This document shows, in pieces, positions 29,757-47,725 of a DNA stretch of 64,000 nucleotides (within the stretch, counting starts at the first letter, position 1; each line of letters opens with the position of its first letter). The notes under the pieces are model-generated. The model had not been told where the DNA came from. It searched no databases and saw only the letters and a program-made list of their open reading frames with translations. The DNA comes from an uncultured Chlamydiae bacterium (GTDB lineage Bacteria; Chlamydiota; Chlamydiia; Chlamydiales; JAJFMB01), in assembly GCA_963696295.1 (NCBI GenBank), contig CAVOJR010000001.1:2112001-2176000 (forward strand), in the 5' to 3' direction. The position numbers were made by a program, and so were the translations under genes.

Positions 29757-30041
29757 ATGACGATGGACGCGAATACAATGGAACAAAAAAAAGTACAAAG
29801 AATGTCGGCAAAACCGGCGGAAACGGCGGTAGAAGGCAAAAAAATATTTACATTTGTTGGCGATATCAAAGATGAATTTAAAAAAATCACATGGACAAGT
29901 CGCGAAGAACTAATCACCTATACCAAAATGGTCGTAGGCGCGACTTTCATTTGTGGAATGTGCGATTTATCTTCATCGATCTATTTGATCCAATCAACAT
30001 TAAATACATTAGGATATCTCGTTCGCCTTATCAGCGGATGA
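29757..30041 (+). CDS. secE: Preprotein translocase SecE (likely local indel errors)
   Basis: IKDEFKKITWTSREEL followed by a TM segment; position between tRNA-Trp and nusG. Confidence 0.88.
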   Translation: MTMDANTMEQKKVQRMSAKPAETAVEGKKIFTFVGDIKDEFKKITWTSREELITYTKMVVGATFICGMCDLSSSIYLIQSTLNTLGYLVRLISG

Positions 30042-30055
30042 ACTAGGAAAGTAAG

Positions 30056-30605
30056 ATGCATAAATGGTATGTCGTCCAGGTCTTATCGACACATGAAAAG
30101 AAAGTAAAAAAAGCTCTTGAAGAACAGCGCGACATCAAAGGAATGTCAAAGATCTGATCGAAACAGTCTTACTGCCTACTGAGAATGTCTCGGAAGTAAA
30201 AAAGGGCAGCAAAAGTTGTCGAAAAAAGGCTTTGGCCGGATATCTGTTAGTGAAAATGAATCTGACGGATGAATCATGGCAGTATGTAAAGAATACCCCA
30301 GGAGTGATCGATTTCTAGGCGGCGAAAACCAACCTCACTATCAGAGGCTGAAGTTCAAGAGATCCTGTCAAGATCTCGAAGAGAAGAAGCAGAACGTCAC
30401 GCAGAAACATAAATTTGAAGTGGGCGACCGTGTCAAGATTACCGACGGTGTCTTCGTCAACTTTATCGGAACTGTAACCGAAGTGTTCCACGATAAAGGG
30501 CGCTTGAGCGTGCTGGTTTCTATTTTCGGACGTGAAACTCGTGTTGATGATCTGGAATTTTCACAAGTCGAAGAAGTTTCAGAAGAGTTTAGAAGAATAG
30601 TTTAG
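30056..30605 (+). CDS. nusG: Transcription factor NusG (frameshifted)
   Basis: MHKWYVVQV start and KOW domain [27 protein letters not shown]. Confidence 0.92.
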
Positions 30606-30613
30606 AGGATAAT

Positions 30614-31043
30614 ATGTCTAAAAAAGTTGTAAAAATTATTAAATTGCAAATTCCTGCTGGAAAAGCTAATCCTGCTCCTCCGATCGGACCTGCTTTCGGT
30701 GCAGCTGGAGTCAATATCATGGCATTCTGTAAGGAATTTAATGCAAAAACACAGAGCCATGGCAGGAGATATCCTTCCTGTTGTCATCACTGTTTATCAG
30801 GATAAATCATTTACATTTATTTGCAAAAAACCTCCTGTTCCGGAACTGCTTAAAAAAGCAACCGGTATCGCAAAAGGGTCAGCTGTACCAAACAGCGACA
30901 AAGTGGCAAAGATCAAGCGCTCCCAAGCAAGAAAAATTGCAGAAGAAAAAATGCAAGATATGAATGCGCGAGATCTGGAAGCTGCAACCAATATCGTACT
31001 AGGTACGGCTCGTTCAATGGGTATTGAACTCATTGACGAATAA
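30614..31043 (+). CDS. rplK: 50S ribosomal protein L11 (frameshifted)
   Basis: [26 protein letters not shown]. Confidence 0.95.
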
Positions 31044-31065
31044 TTGAGAGTAAAAAAGGAAAAAT

Positions 31066-31776
31066 ATGGGTCGTCCAAGTAAAAGAATTCGGGAGATAGC
31101 CAAGTTATATGATTTTACAAAAGTTATGTAATCTTAAAGAAGCTATCGATATTTTAAAGAAATGCCCGACGGTCAAATTTGACCAGTCCGTGGAAATTTC
31201 TTTAAAAATTGGTGTTGACCCTCGTAGATCAGATCAGCACGTCCGTGGAACTGTGTCATTACCGAATGGCACAGGTAAAACGATGGTCATTCTCGTCTTT
31301 GCAAAAGGTGAAAAGGTTAAAGAGGCCTTGCATGCTGGAGCAGATTATGCGGGAGATGACGAACTTTTTGAAAAAGTCAAGGGGGCTGGACAGGCTTTGA
31401 TGCTGTCGTCGCCACACCTGACATGATGCGCGAAGTGGGTAAGCTGGGTAAAGTGTTAGGTCCGCGAGGTTTAATGCCGACACCGAAAGCTGGAACTGTG
31501 ACAACAGATGTCGCTAAAGCAATCCAAGAGCTTAAAGGCGGTAAAATCGAATTTAAACTCGATCGCCATGGAGTCATAAACAATGCAGTTGGAAAGCTTT
31601 CTTTTAATGATGATAAGCTCGAGGAAAATATCCAGACTTATCTCGCAGCTATTCAGAGAGCCAAGCCTGCAGCTGCTAAAGGAAATTATCTCAAATCTAT
31701 GGTGCTTTCATCGACGATGGGCCCAGGGGTTAAAATAGATCTACGTGAAGTTGAAGCAGCCCAAGGAGGTCGATAA
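31066..31776 (+). CDS. rplA: 50S ribosomal protein L1 (frameshifted)
   Basis: [42 protein letters not shown]. Confidence 0.95.
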
Positions 31777-32299
31777 TGAGACAGGAAAAACAACTCCTGC
31801 TTGACGAAATCAAAGAGCAAATCGATCGTTATAAATCTTTCGTGATCACACGTTATCAAGGATTTAAGGCGAACGCCGCGAACAATTTGCGCAGAGAGAT
31901 TGCCAAGACTGGCGGCAACTATGAAGTGGTGCGAAAAAGGGTTCTAGTCAAAGCCGCAGAAAGTGCAGGCGTAGAGCTCGACCCCAAATTGCTGGAAGGA
32001 CATATTGGATTGATATTCGCTGGGGCAGACCCCATCGAAACAGCCAAATTCGTCTACAAGTTCAGCAAGGAAAACGATAACGCAATTTCCGTTATCGGCG
32101 GTCGGTTTGATGGCCGGATTTATGGCGCTGACGATGTCGAAAAAATTTCGAAGCTGCCTGGCAAAGATGAAATGAGAGCGCAGCTTCTCGGCGCACTTGA
32201 AGCTCCGATATCGCAGACACTGTCCGTAATGGATTCTATCTTACCAGCGTAATCTATTGTTTAGAGAATAAGAGTAAACAAGAAAATTCTGCAAATTAA
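31776..32299 (+). CDS. rplJ: 50S ribosomal protein L10 (3' frameshift)
   Basis: [35 protein letters not shown]; operon position. Confidence 0.9.
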
Positions 32300-32330
32300 T
32301 TCAATTATAAGAAAGTAAAGAGGTAATACC

Positions 32331-32722
32331 GTGAGTAATAAAACAGAAGAATTAGTAGATCAGCTTAGCGAGTTGACCGTTTTGGAGATGGCTGAGTTGA
32401 AAAAAGCTTTAGAAGAAAAGTGGGGCGTAAAAGCTCGCTGCTGCAGCAGTATTTGCAGCACCAGCAGCAGCTGCTGCTGCACCTGAAGCCGCAGCCGAAT
32501 CAACTGATTTCCAAGTGACTTTGGAAGAAGCTCCTGCTGATAAGAAAATCGGCGATCATTAAAGTGGTTCGCGAAATCACAGGTCTTGGTCTGAAAGAAG
32601 CGAAAGAACTCGTTGAAGGCAGCACCAAAAGTAGTTAAAGAAACTGCTCCTAAAGCTGAAGCTGAAGATATCAAAAAAAAATTGAAGCTGCCGGTGCTAA
32701 AGTTACACTGAAAGGTCTGTAA
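32331..32722 (+). CDS. rplL: 50S ribosomal protein L7/L12 (frameshifted, not in ORF track)
   Basis: [22 protein letters not shown], an Ala-rich hinge, [20 protein letters not shown]. Confidence 0.92.
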
Positions 32723-32749
32723 GTTTAAGTTTTGACAACGCAAATAATT

Positions 32750-32855
32750 TCACAGGAACAATGAACATTGTTCCTGTGATTCTATTTATTACAAGATTTT
32801 TTTGGTTTTTAGGAACAGACTTCTATTTATGAGAAATCTGTTCCTAAATACCAAA
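32750..32855. promoter_or_regulatory. Two tandem hairpins in the rplL-rpoB intergenic region (terminator/attenuator candidates)
   Basis: TCACAGGAACAATG-AA-CATTGTTCCTGTGA (32750-32779) and a 24-bp inverted repeat with 2 mismatches (32801-32855). Confidence 0.7.
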
Positions 32856-32963
32856 CAGCCTTTTTAAAAATAGTTATTAAACTATTTAACCGAACGGCAA
32901 AAATTAACTTTAAGAGATGAATAATCTCTTTTGACTATCAAGTTTACGAGGAGTCCTTCACCT

Positions 32964-40968
<8,005 letters not shown>

Positions 40969-41014
40969 ATCGAAGGGGACCCCGGTCCCCATCAATCGAA
41001 CTGTAATTTACGGT

Positions 41015-41044
41015 AAGGGGACTCTAAAAAAGTCCCCTTTTTTT
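41015..41044 (+). terminator. rpoC intrinsic terminator
   Basis: AAGGGGACT-N7-AGTCCCCTT followed by a T run; a second GGGGAC-CCCG-GTCCCC hairpin lies at 40975-40990. Confidence 0.85.
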
Positions 41045-41063
41045 ATCTTTTAGAATTTCTCAC

Positions 41064-41520
41064 GGAAAGGAGACTCTAAATCCCCTTTTTTATCTTAGAA
41101 TTAAGTGGAAAGGAGACTCTAAATCCCCTTTTTATCTTAGAATTAAGTGGAAAGGAGACTTTAAATCCCCATTTTTATCTTTGAACGTGGAAAGGAGACT
41201 CTAAATCCCCATTTTTATCTTTGAACGTGGAAAGGAGACTCTAAATCCCCATTTTTATCTTTGAACGTGGAAAGGAGACTCTAAATCCCCTTGTTTATCT
41301 TAGAACGTGGAAAGGAGACTCTAAATCCCCTTTTTTATCTTAGAATTAAGTGGAAAGGAGACTTTAAATCCCCTTTTTTATCTTAGAATTAAGTGGAAAG
41401 GAGACTCTAAATCCCTTTTTTTATCTTTGAACGTGGAAAGGAGACTCTAAATCCCTTTTTTTATCTTAGAATTAAGTGGAAAGGAGACTACTCTAAATCC
41501 CCTTTTTATCTTTTAGAATT
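41064..41520. repeat. Tandem array of 11 units (40-43 bp), consensus GGAAAGGAGACTCTAAATCCCCTTTTTTATCTT(A/T)GAA(TTAA/C)GT
   Basis: Unit starts at 41064, 41107, 41149, 41189, 41229, 41269, 41309, 41352, 41395, 41435 and 41478; no unique spacers. Confidence 0.95.
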
Positions 41521-42463
41521 TCAATTTGTATTTCTTGATGATTTGATCTTCCAGCTTCACTGTGTCAGCGGCAAACTTTCTGATACCCTCTGCCAGCTTC
41601 TCAGTCGCCATCGCATTTTCATTCAGCTGCAGCCGGAACGCTTTTTCATCCAGAATAACTTTTTCCAAATCCATATTTCTGGCGTCATTCGGATCGAGAT
41701 TGCGGGGTAGGGGGCCTTCGGAATTCTTTAAAACTTCCAAAAGGTTTGGAGAGATGGTTAAGAGATCGCATCCGGCAAGCTCGAGAATTTCTTCCACATT
41801 GCGGAAACTCGCACCCATTACCTGCGTTTTATAGCCGAATTTTTTCAGGTAGTGGTAGATGGCCGTGACCGATTTGACTCCGGGATCTTCTGCAGGGGGA
41901 TATCCCGCAACGCCCTCGGCCTTTTTATACCAATCGAGGATTCTGCCTACAAATGGGGATATAAGCGTCGCTTTGGCTTCCGCACAGATGATCGCCTGTT
42001 CCAGGCTGAACATCAGCGTCATATTGCAATGGATCCCTTCAGCTTCCAATTGGCGGCAAGCGAGAGCGCCTTCCCAAGTGGCAGCGAGTTTTATCAGAAC
42101 GCGTTCCTTGGGGATGCCCATTTCATTATAGAGTTTAATGAGGGAATGAGCTTTATCAATACTGCCCTGAACGTCAAATGAAAGCCTCGCATCCACTTCG
42201 GTCGACACGCGGCCCGGGACGATCTTTAGGATTTCGGCGCCGAAATTGACGAACAGTTTATCCATCATCACGGTTTTACCCTTTGATTTGGCATAGGCGA
42301 TCGCTTCCTTGACTAAGTGCTGGTACTTCTCCTCTTCAGCCGCCGCCATGATCAGAGAGGGGTTGGTGGTCGCATCTTGCGGCTTATAGGCTTCAATAGA
42401 GTGAATGTCGCCAGTGTCAGCTACTACCGTGGTCATTGTTTTGAGTTGATCGAGCTTATTCAT
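41513..42463 (-). CDS. tal: Transaldolase
   Basis: [51 protein letters not shown]. Confidence 0.96.
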   Translation of the reverse strand: MNKLDQLKTMTTVVADTGDIHSIEAYKPQDATTNPSLIMAAAEEEKYQHLVKEAIAYAKSKGKTVMMDKLFVNFGAEILKIVPGRVSTEVDARLSFDVQGSIDKAHSLIKLYNEMGIPKERVLIKLAATWEGALACRQLEAEGIHCNMTLMFSLEQAIICAEAKATLISPFVGRILDWYKKAEGVAGYPPAEDPGVKSVTAIYHYLKKFGYKTQVMGASFRNVEEILELAGCDLLTISPNLLEVLKNSEGPLPRNLDPNDARNMDLEKVILDEKAFRLQLNENAMATEKLAEGIRKFAADTVKLEDQIIKKYKLKF

Positions 42464-42472
42464 AATTCTCCA

Positions 42473-42856
42473 TTATTTTAAAATACAGATAGCATCCGTT
42501 AAGGGTTCGATGCGGAAGGTGATTTTTAAAGGCTGATCGCCCACTTTTAAATCTAAACTGGAATTGAAGCGGGTGAGCAGGAGCTTATAGGGAATTTTCA
42601 CTTTGTGTTCACCTACATCGATGCCGATACAGGTGTTGCTTAATATTTCTTCCGACTCGATCAATTGCCGGCAGAGATCGGCGAACTTTTTCATTTGCCT
42701 GATCAGGACTTCATCATCCAGCAAATATTTTTTTTGGCAATGACTGCAATTCAAATCGAGACGGTCCTGACGAAAAATGGAAAATTGCACGGCTTTCGAA
42801 CAGGAGAGGCATGTAAATTCGAGATTATGGCCTTTTTGCATCTTAAACCTAAACAT
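42473..42856 (-). CDS. Conserved chlamydial CxxC-CxxC protein upstream of tal
   Basis: CLSC and CSHC motifs, VKIPYKLLLTRF; resembles the tal-adjacent gene recalled from Chlamydia. Confidence 0.7.
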   Translation of the reverse strand: MFRFKMQKGHNLEFTCLSCSKAVQFSIFRQDRLDLNCSHCQKKYLLDDEVLIRQMKKFADLCRQLIESEEILSNTCIGIDVGEHKVKIPYKLLLTRFNSSLDLKVGDQPLKITFRIEPLTDAICILK

Positions 42857-43016
42857 TTATAGAATTGTTAAGAATACCATCTTTTCCGGCCAAGGGCAAG
42901 CAAATCGTTTTTCTTTACATCCCCTATTCCGATAGGATATGATAGCTTTAAACCTTGATGCCGGATTATGGCGTCGGGTTAAAAATTTTACTCAGACAAT
43001 AGAGTTGGAGTTAACA

Positions 43017-44030
43017 ATGGTTCGTCGCATAGCGATCAATGGTTTCGGCAGAATCGGGAGGCTTGTTTTACGACAGGCTTGCCGGCGCAAAGACATTGAG
43101 ATCGTTGCGATTAACGATTTAGTTCCCAGTGATAACTTAGCGTATTTATTAAAATACGACTCCACCCATGGCCGATTCCAAGGGGAAATCAGATCAGAAG
43201 AAAACGCTATCATTGTCGATGGAAAAAAAATAGAAGTCTGTTCTGAAAAAGAGCCTGAAAAATTGCCATGGAAGAAACTTGGTGTTGATTATGTTGTAGA
43301 GTCAACCGGTTTATTTACACAAAGGGAACTAGCTCAAAAGCATATCACCGCCGGGGCGAAAAGAGTGATGATTTCGGCGCCTGGCAAGGGTGATATACCT
43401 ACTTTTGTCATGGGTGTTAACCATACAAACTACAACCCAAAAAATGATTTTATTATATCGAACGCATCCTGTACTACCAATTGTCTAGGTCCCATTACCA
43501 AAGTTTTGTTAGATAACTTTGGTATAGAAGAGGGATTGATGACAACGGTGCATGCTGTGACAGCCTCTCAACCCACGGTTGACGGCCCTTCTAAAAAAGA
43601 TTTTAGAGACGGCCGAGGTGCGGGGCAAAACATTATTCCGGCTTCCACTGGAGCGGCTAAGGCTGTTGCCTTATGTTTGCCTCAGGTTAAGGGTAAATTG
43701 ACCGGAATGGCGTTGCGCGTCCCATTGCCTGATGTTTCAGTGGTTGATTTGACGGTGCGTTTGAGCAAAGAGACGACTTATGATGAGATTTGCCTGGCCA
43801 TGCGAAAAGAAGCAGAAGGCCCTATGAGGGGGATATTAGGCTATTGTGACGAGGAGGTCGTTTCATCAGACTTTATAAGTAGCACGTATTCGGCAATATT
43901 CGACAAACATGCAGGAATTGCCTTAAATTCCACATTCTACAAGATCATTGCCTGGTACGATAACGAGATGGGTTATGCCACTCGTGTTGTTGATTTATTG
44001 GAATATATGGCCGGGAAAGAGTATCTCTAG
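43017..44030 (+). CDS. gapA: Glyceraldehyde-3-phosphate dehydrogenase
   Basis: [39 protein letters not shown]. Confidence 0.97.
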   Translation: MVRRIAINGFGRIGRLVLRQACRRKDIEIVAINDLVPSDNLAYLLKYDSTHGRFQGEIRSEENAIIVDGKKIEVCSEKEPEKLPWKKLGVDYVVESTGLFTQRELAQKHITAGAKRVMISAPGKGDIPTFVMGVNHTNYNPKNDFIISNASCTTNCLGPITKVLLDNFGIEEGLMTTVHAVTASQPTVDGPSKKDFRDGRGAGQNIIPASTGAAKAVALCLPQVKGKLTGMALRVPLPDVSVVDLTVRLSKETTYDEICLAMRKEAEGPMRGILGYCDEEVVSSDFISSTYSAIFDKHAGIALNSTFYKIIAWYDNEMGYATRVVDLLEYMAGKEYL

Positions 44031-44078
44031 CGTCATCACAATGCTTCCCTTCCGGCTAAAATAAATGATGGATTAAAA

Positions 44079-44972
44079 GTGGATTTTACAAGAGAACCCA
44101 TTATAGAAAGTGTTATCACGCCCAAAGAAGGGTGTAAGTTAGTTGTCCGCAGCAGCAAGGCAGCCAGTCAGGAGGAATTCTTTGTGGATTCCGTTGAAGT
44201 GGTGTCTTTCGGGCATTCGTTATATTTCCGCTCTTTAGAGCGACCAAAATCTTTTTTTGTTCCGGCCGGCGATTATGAGATTCTCGAAGTCAGAGAAACT
44301 CGCCTTGTCTTGAAGAATGTCGGTCTTGACCGCACCATTAAGATTGGCGGCGGACGAGAAGTGAAGAAAGAGCGGGAGAGGGAGAAGGAGAAGGAAAAAG
44401 AGGTGGAAGCCCCGGTAGAAGCCGAAGCTCCGGAAGTTCGCGGTGACAAGAAGCGCGACAAGAGGCGCCATTCCCGCCGCCGCCGCTCCAAGACAGAGAC
44501 ACTCGCTTCAGAAGAGGCGCGTGAGGTTGAAGCGGAAGAAGCTCCCTATGAAGAAGAGGCTATAGAAAAAGCGCCTCCTCGACAAACGCGCTCGGCGCTC
44601 CTGCCGCCCCCTTCGACGCTCATATCGGAGACGATAGCGCGGTACAAGGATAACGCCCTTTTCAAGGATGCCTTTTTCCTCAAGGATGAGGATGAGGTTG
44701 GTGTTGAGGAGGAGAGCGAGGAAGTTGAGGAGTATGCGATTGAAGAGAGTCCTCTGGAGGATTTTCCCTCCGTTTCGTTGCCACAGCCGGAATACGGCTC
44801 GTTCGAGATGACGGAAGAGGAAGAAGAGGAGATCTATCGCCAGCGCCAAAAGTACACCCAGGCGGATTCAGGCGATTCTGACGAGGATGATTTGCCAAAA
44901 GTCAGCGACGACTTGATCGGCGATTCTTCGGAAGAGAAGATTGAATCGAACAAAAAGTTCACGAATGAATAA
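44079..44972 (+). CDS. grgA: Chlamydial transcription factor GrgA-like
   Basis: N-terminus FTREPIIESVITPKEG.KL.VR...DYEILEVR...GLDR.IKI matches recalled CT504/GrgA; basic KKRDKRRHSRRRR patch, acidic tail, adjacent to gapA. Confidence 0.8.
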   Translation: MDFTREPIIESVITPKEGCKLVVRSSKAASQEEFFVDSVEVVSFGHSLYFRSLERPKSFFVPAGDYEILEVRETRLVLKNVGLDRTIKIGGGREVKKEREREKEKEKEVEAPVEAEAPEVRGDKKRDKRRHSRRRRSKTETLASEEAREVEAEEAPYEEEAIEKAPPRQTRSALLPPPSTLISETIARYKDNALFKDAFFLKDEDEVGVEEESEEVEEYAIEESPLEDFPSVSLPQPEYGSFEMTEEEEEEIYRQRQKYTQADSGDSDEDDLPKVSDDLIGDSSEEKIESNKKFTNE

Positions 44973-44998
44973 AAGAGGGGAATGTAAATTTCCCTCTT
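44973..44998 (+). terminator. Hairpin after grgA, overlapping the tRNA promoter
   Basis: AAGAGGGGAA-N6-TTTCCCTCTT; TTGCTT-N17-TAATGT promoter-like sequence begins at 44997. Confidence 0.55.
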
Positions 44999-45041
44999 GC
45001 TTCTAAATCGAGAAACGGGTAATGTTTTCTTCTATCTCAAT

Positions 45042-45124
45042 GCTCGGGTGGTGGAATGGTAGACACTAGGGACTTAAAATCCCTTGGGCTTCGGCCCGTG
45101 CGGGTTCGAGTCCCGCTTCGAGCA
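45042..45124 (+). tRNA. tRNA-Leu(TAA), integration target
   Basis: GCTCGGG acceptor, AGGGA-CTTAAAA-TCCCT anticodon arm, long variable arm GGGC-TTCG-GCCC, GGTTCGAGTCC. Confidence 0.95.
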
Positions 45125-45126
45125 CA
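45070..45126 (+). repeat. attL core (57-bp direct repeat)
   Basis: GGACTTAAAATCCC...CTTCGAGCACA, identical to 62268-62324. Confidence 0.95.
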
Positions 45127-45229
45127 TTGATATTCAATTACTTATGACATGTTGCATAACCTCCTAACTAGTGGACGAGTCGCAGCTGGGACCCAAATGG
45201 GACAGTGCGGAAAAATAGGAGAAAATCAC

Positions 45230-46300
45230 ATGTTTATAGAAAAAAGATTACGTAAAGATGGAAAAATTAGTTACCGTGCAAGAGTTGTACAACACGGTAA
45301 ACTAAAAACTAAAACTTTTGCAACCCAGACTAAAGCAAAAATTTGGGGACAGAAGTTAGAGCCAATGTTAAGAGAAGATCCTTCGCTTCTTGGCTTTGAA
45401 ACAAATAAGCGCACCTTTGGAGACTTTGTAGATAGGTATATCGAAAAAGAGCTCCCCAAGGACCCAAAAAGCTTAGCCAAAGCAAAGCTACATCTTCTTT
45501 GGTGGAAAAAGCATTTGGGGAAGCAAATCTTAAGCTACATCACCCCTCCTATGCTTGCAGAACTCAGAGATAAGCTCATGACAGAGATGACCTATAGGGG
45601 GCGATTAAGATCATCATCAACAGCAAATCGATACATAGCTACTCTTAGCAAAGCCTTTAATGTTGCTGTTAAGGAGTGGGCCTGGCTGAAGGAGAATCCC
45701 TTTAAAAAGATCACCCGCCCTAAAGAAGGGAAGGCTCGCGACCGGTTTTTGGAGAAAGATGAGATTCAGACTCTGCTCGCCGCCAGTAAGAAAGTGAATA
45801 GCGATCATCTATATCCCTTTGTACTTTTTGCGCTAAGCACGGGTGCCCGTAAAGGGGAGATTCTCAATCTTGAGTGGGCAGATATCGACTTTCAACGATC
45901 GGTCGCCACATTCCGAGAGACAAAGAACGGAGAATCCAGATCCGTATCACTAAACCCTAGCCTAGTTGCTCTACTGTGTAAGGAGAGGTTGAGAAGGGCC
46001 ATCTTTAGCCGTTTTGTGTTTCCTAGCAAAGATGGAAAAAAGCCAGCTGACATAAGGACGGCGTGGGAAAATGCCGTTAAACTGTCAGGTTTGCGAGCTG
46101 TTACCATTCACTCTCTACGGCACACTTGTGCCAGCCATTTGGCAATGCAGGGAGCTTCAACCCTTGAGATAGCGGCAATTCTCGGGCATAGGACCTTGGC
46201 TATGGTTAAGCGGTATAGTCACTTGAGCACCTCGTCAACTGCTGCTGCTTTGAATAGAATGAACGAAGAAGTTCTGATGGAGTATTTGAATGCCGGTTGA
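45230..46300 (+). CDS. int: Tyrosine integrase (intact)
   Basis: Catalytic set R (TGARKGE), K (TKNG), HSLRH, LGH and Y (KRYSH); N-terminal arm-binding-like YRARV...KTKTF. Confidence 0.95.
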   Translation: MFIEKRLRKDGKISYRARVVQHGKLKTKTFATQTKAKIWGQKLEPMLREDPSLLGFETNKRTFGDFVDRYIEKELPKDPKSLAKAKLHLLWWKKHLGKQILSYITPPMLAELRDKLMTEMTYRGRLRSSSTANRYIATLSKAFNVAVKEWAWLKENPFKKITRPKEGKARDRFLEKDEIQTLLAASKKVNSDHLYPFVLFALSTGARKGEILNLEWADIDFQRSVATFRETKNGESRSVSLNPSLVALLCKERLRRAIFSRFVFPSKDGKKPADIRTAWENAVKLSGLRAVTIHSLRHTCASHLAMQGASTLEIAAILGHRTLAMVKRYSHLSTSSTAAALNRMNEEVLMEYLNAG

Positions 46301-47201
46301 GCCTGTGCAATTGACTAGCAAAGGTGAGTCTCAAAAGGACTCGCCTGCTGATGTTTTTCAGAGATTTTTAGAAAAATTAGACTCTGACAGAGAAAATTTA
46401 TTAAAGGGAGCAGAGGAATTCAGCGAAGCTAGTGATAAAATAAGAGAAGCCAAAGAAGATTTCTTCCTACAAATTCAGAGCACACCCCTTGTTAATATTA
46501 TCAGTGTTTGGACAGAGCGATACCTAAGAAACAATCAAATCTGCCATTCAATGCTAAAGAGCATCCGCGATCTGATCGATGAAAAGTTGATCAGGATCAA
46601 AAACTCAAAAAACGAGTATTTTTCTCTTGGAGAGTTCGCTGGTGAAGTTCATTCAATCATAGATTCAATTCGTTGTGTGAAAAAATGGCCCGTGATTAGA
46701 AGGGAACAAAATGTCCTACACTTTTTGGACTTCACCGATTGGCTTTCTAAAGTTACCCAAGGCTTTATTCCGAGAATTGAAGATCCCGATAGGCTACGAA
46801 CATGTGAAAGATCCCTCGCCTTTGGCTCTTTCATCGATCTCCTTTCCCATCTTGAAAATCGATATCAACTAATCGCCGATCTACTTTTCTTTGGCGGAGA
46901 TCGCACCTTGGAAGAGATTGTCAAGTTGCACATCGAAGATATTGATTTTGAACGACGACTTGTAAAATATCCGTCTGAGGAAGTTCTATACCCTCAACAC
47001 ATCATCGATGACCTTATGATCCAAATTAATGCAAGGCTAACTGGTCTCGTTTTTTTGGGACGTCAAAATCGCCCTCTCAATGCGTCCTCTGTATTTAGAA
47101 ATATCAAGGATGCCGCCTTAAGAGCTGGTTTAGGAGAGCTTTTTTCTCCAAAGCTGTTAGCGACAAACTCATCAAATGTCACGCAAAATGCAATAAAATA
47201 A
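46290..47201 (+). CDS. Chlamydial plasmid Pgp8/Pgp7-like recombinase-fold protein lacking HxxR and catalytic Tyr
   Basis: FTDWLSKVTQG, RYQLIADLLFFGGDR, YPQH and GLVF.GR parallel recalled Pgp8 (LTRFLNRMTQG, RDWLIAQTMLQGGKR, YPQK, GFVFVTR). Reads SPKLLAT where Pgp8 has TPHVLRAT, then stops shortly after. Confidence 0.7.
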   Translation: MPVEPVQLTSKGESQKDSPADVFQRFLEKLDSDRENLLKGAEEFSEASDKIREAKEDFFLQIQSTPLVNIISVWTERYLRNNQICHSMLKSIRDLIDEKLIRIKNSKNEYFSLGEFAGEVHSIIDSIRCVKKWPVIRREQNVLHFLDFTDWLSKVTQGFIPRIEDPDRLRTCERSLAFGSFIDLLSHLENRYQLIADLLFFGGDRTLEEIVKLHIEDIDFERRLVKYPSEEVLYPQHIIDDLMIQINARLTGLVFLGRQNRPLNASSVFRNIKDAALRAGLGELFSPKLLATNSSNVTQNAIK

Positions 47202-47272
47202 CGAAAAGTATTGCGAAATTAAATTTCATTCTGCTACGTTAGGTCCGTCTACTAGTTAGAAGGTCATGCAGA

Positions 47273-47536
47273 ATGGAAAATCTAAAAACACTCTCACAAA
47301 TATCTGAGAAGCCTAAAAAATACGGCTGTCCGTCTTTGAAGGAACTCGCAACTGTTATCCCCCTTCGGGATTATTGTCGCCAAAATGATTGGCCGAGGCT
47401 GCCACAATGGAACAATTGGATTTATACGCGAGCACCCATTGCACTTGCTTGCATTCGCCGCGTTGGAGCGCGTTATTTTGTTGACGTAGAAGCTCTAGCA
47501 GAGTTCGTTAAAAATGCAACTCTGGAGGTGAGCTAG
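47273..47536 (+). CDS. Small DNA-binding protein (excisionase/AlpA-like)
   Basis: 87 aa ending IRRVGARYFVDVEALAEFV, a typical Xis-like wing. Confidence 0.55.
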   Translation: MENLKTLSQISEKPKKYGCPSLKELATVIPLRDYCRQNDWPRLPQWNNWIYTRAPIALACIRRVGARYFVDVEALAEFVKNATLEVS

Positions 47537-47725
47537 ATGAATAATCTGGAAGTTGAAAACCAAGAGAATACATTTATTTCTGAAATATCCAATGATTTTC
47601 ATGAAGTGCACCGATCTGATTTCGTTGCAAATGAGCTAGGTCGATTGCACAAAATAATAGGGTGTGAGTTCAATTGCGCAGCATATGTCTGGGACTCCTT
47701 TCATGAGGAGCGATCTAATGACTGA
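47537..47725 (+). CDS. Small hypothetical protein
   Basis: GGAGGTG RBS, coupled between upstream gene and dnaB. Confidence 0.5.
   Translation: MNNLEVENQENTFISEISNDFHEVHRSDFVANELGRLHKIIGCEFNCAAYVWDSFHEERSND

Noticed and set aside
41064..41520. CRISPR array
   Set aside because: Units are contiguous with no unique spacers, variation is limited to a few alleles, the sequence derives from the rpoC terminator, and there are no cas genes in the window.
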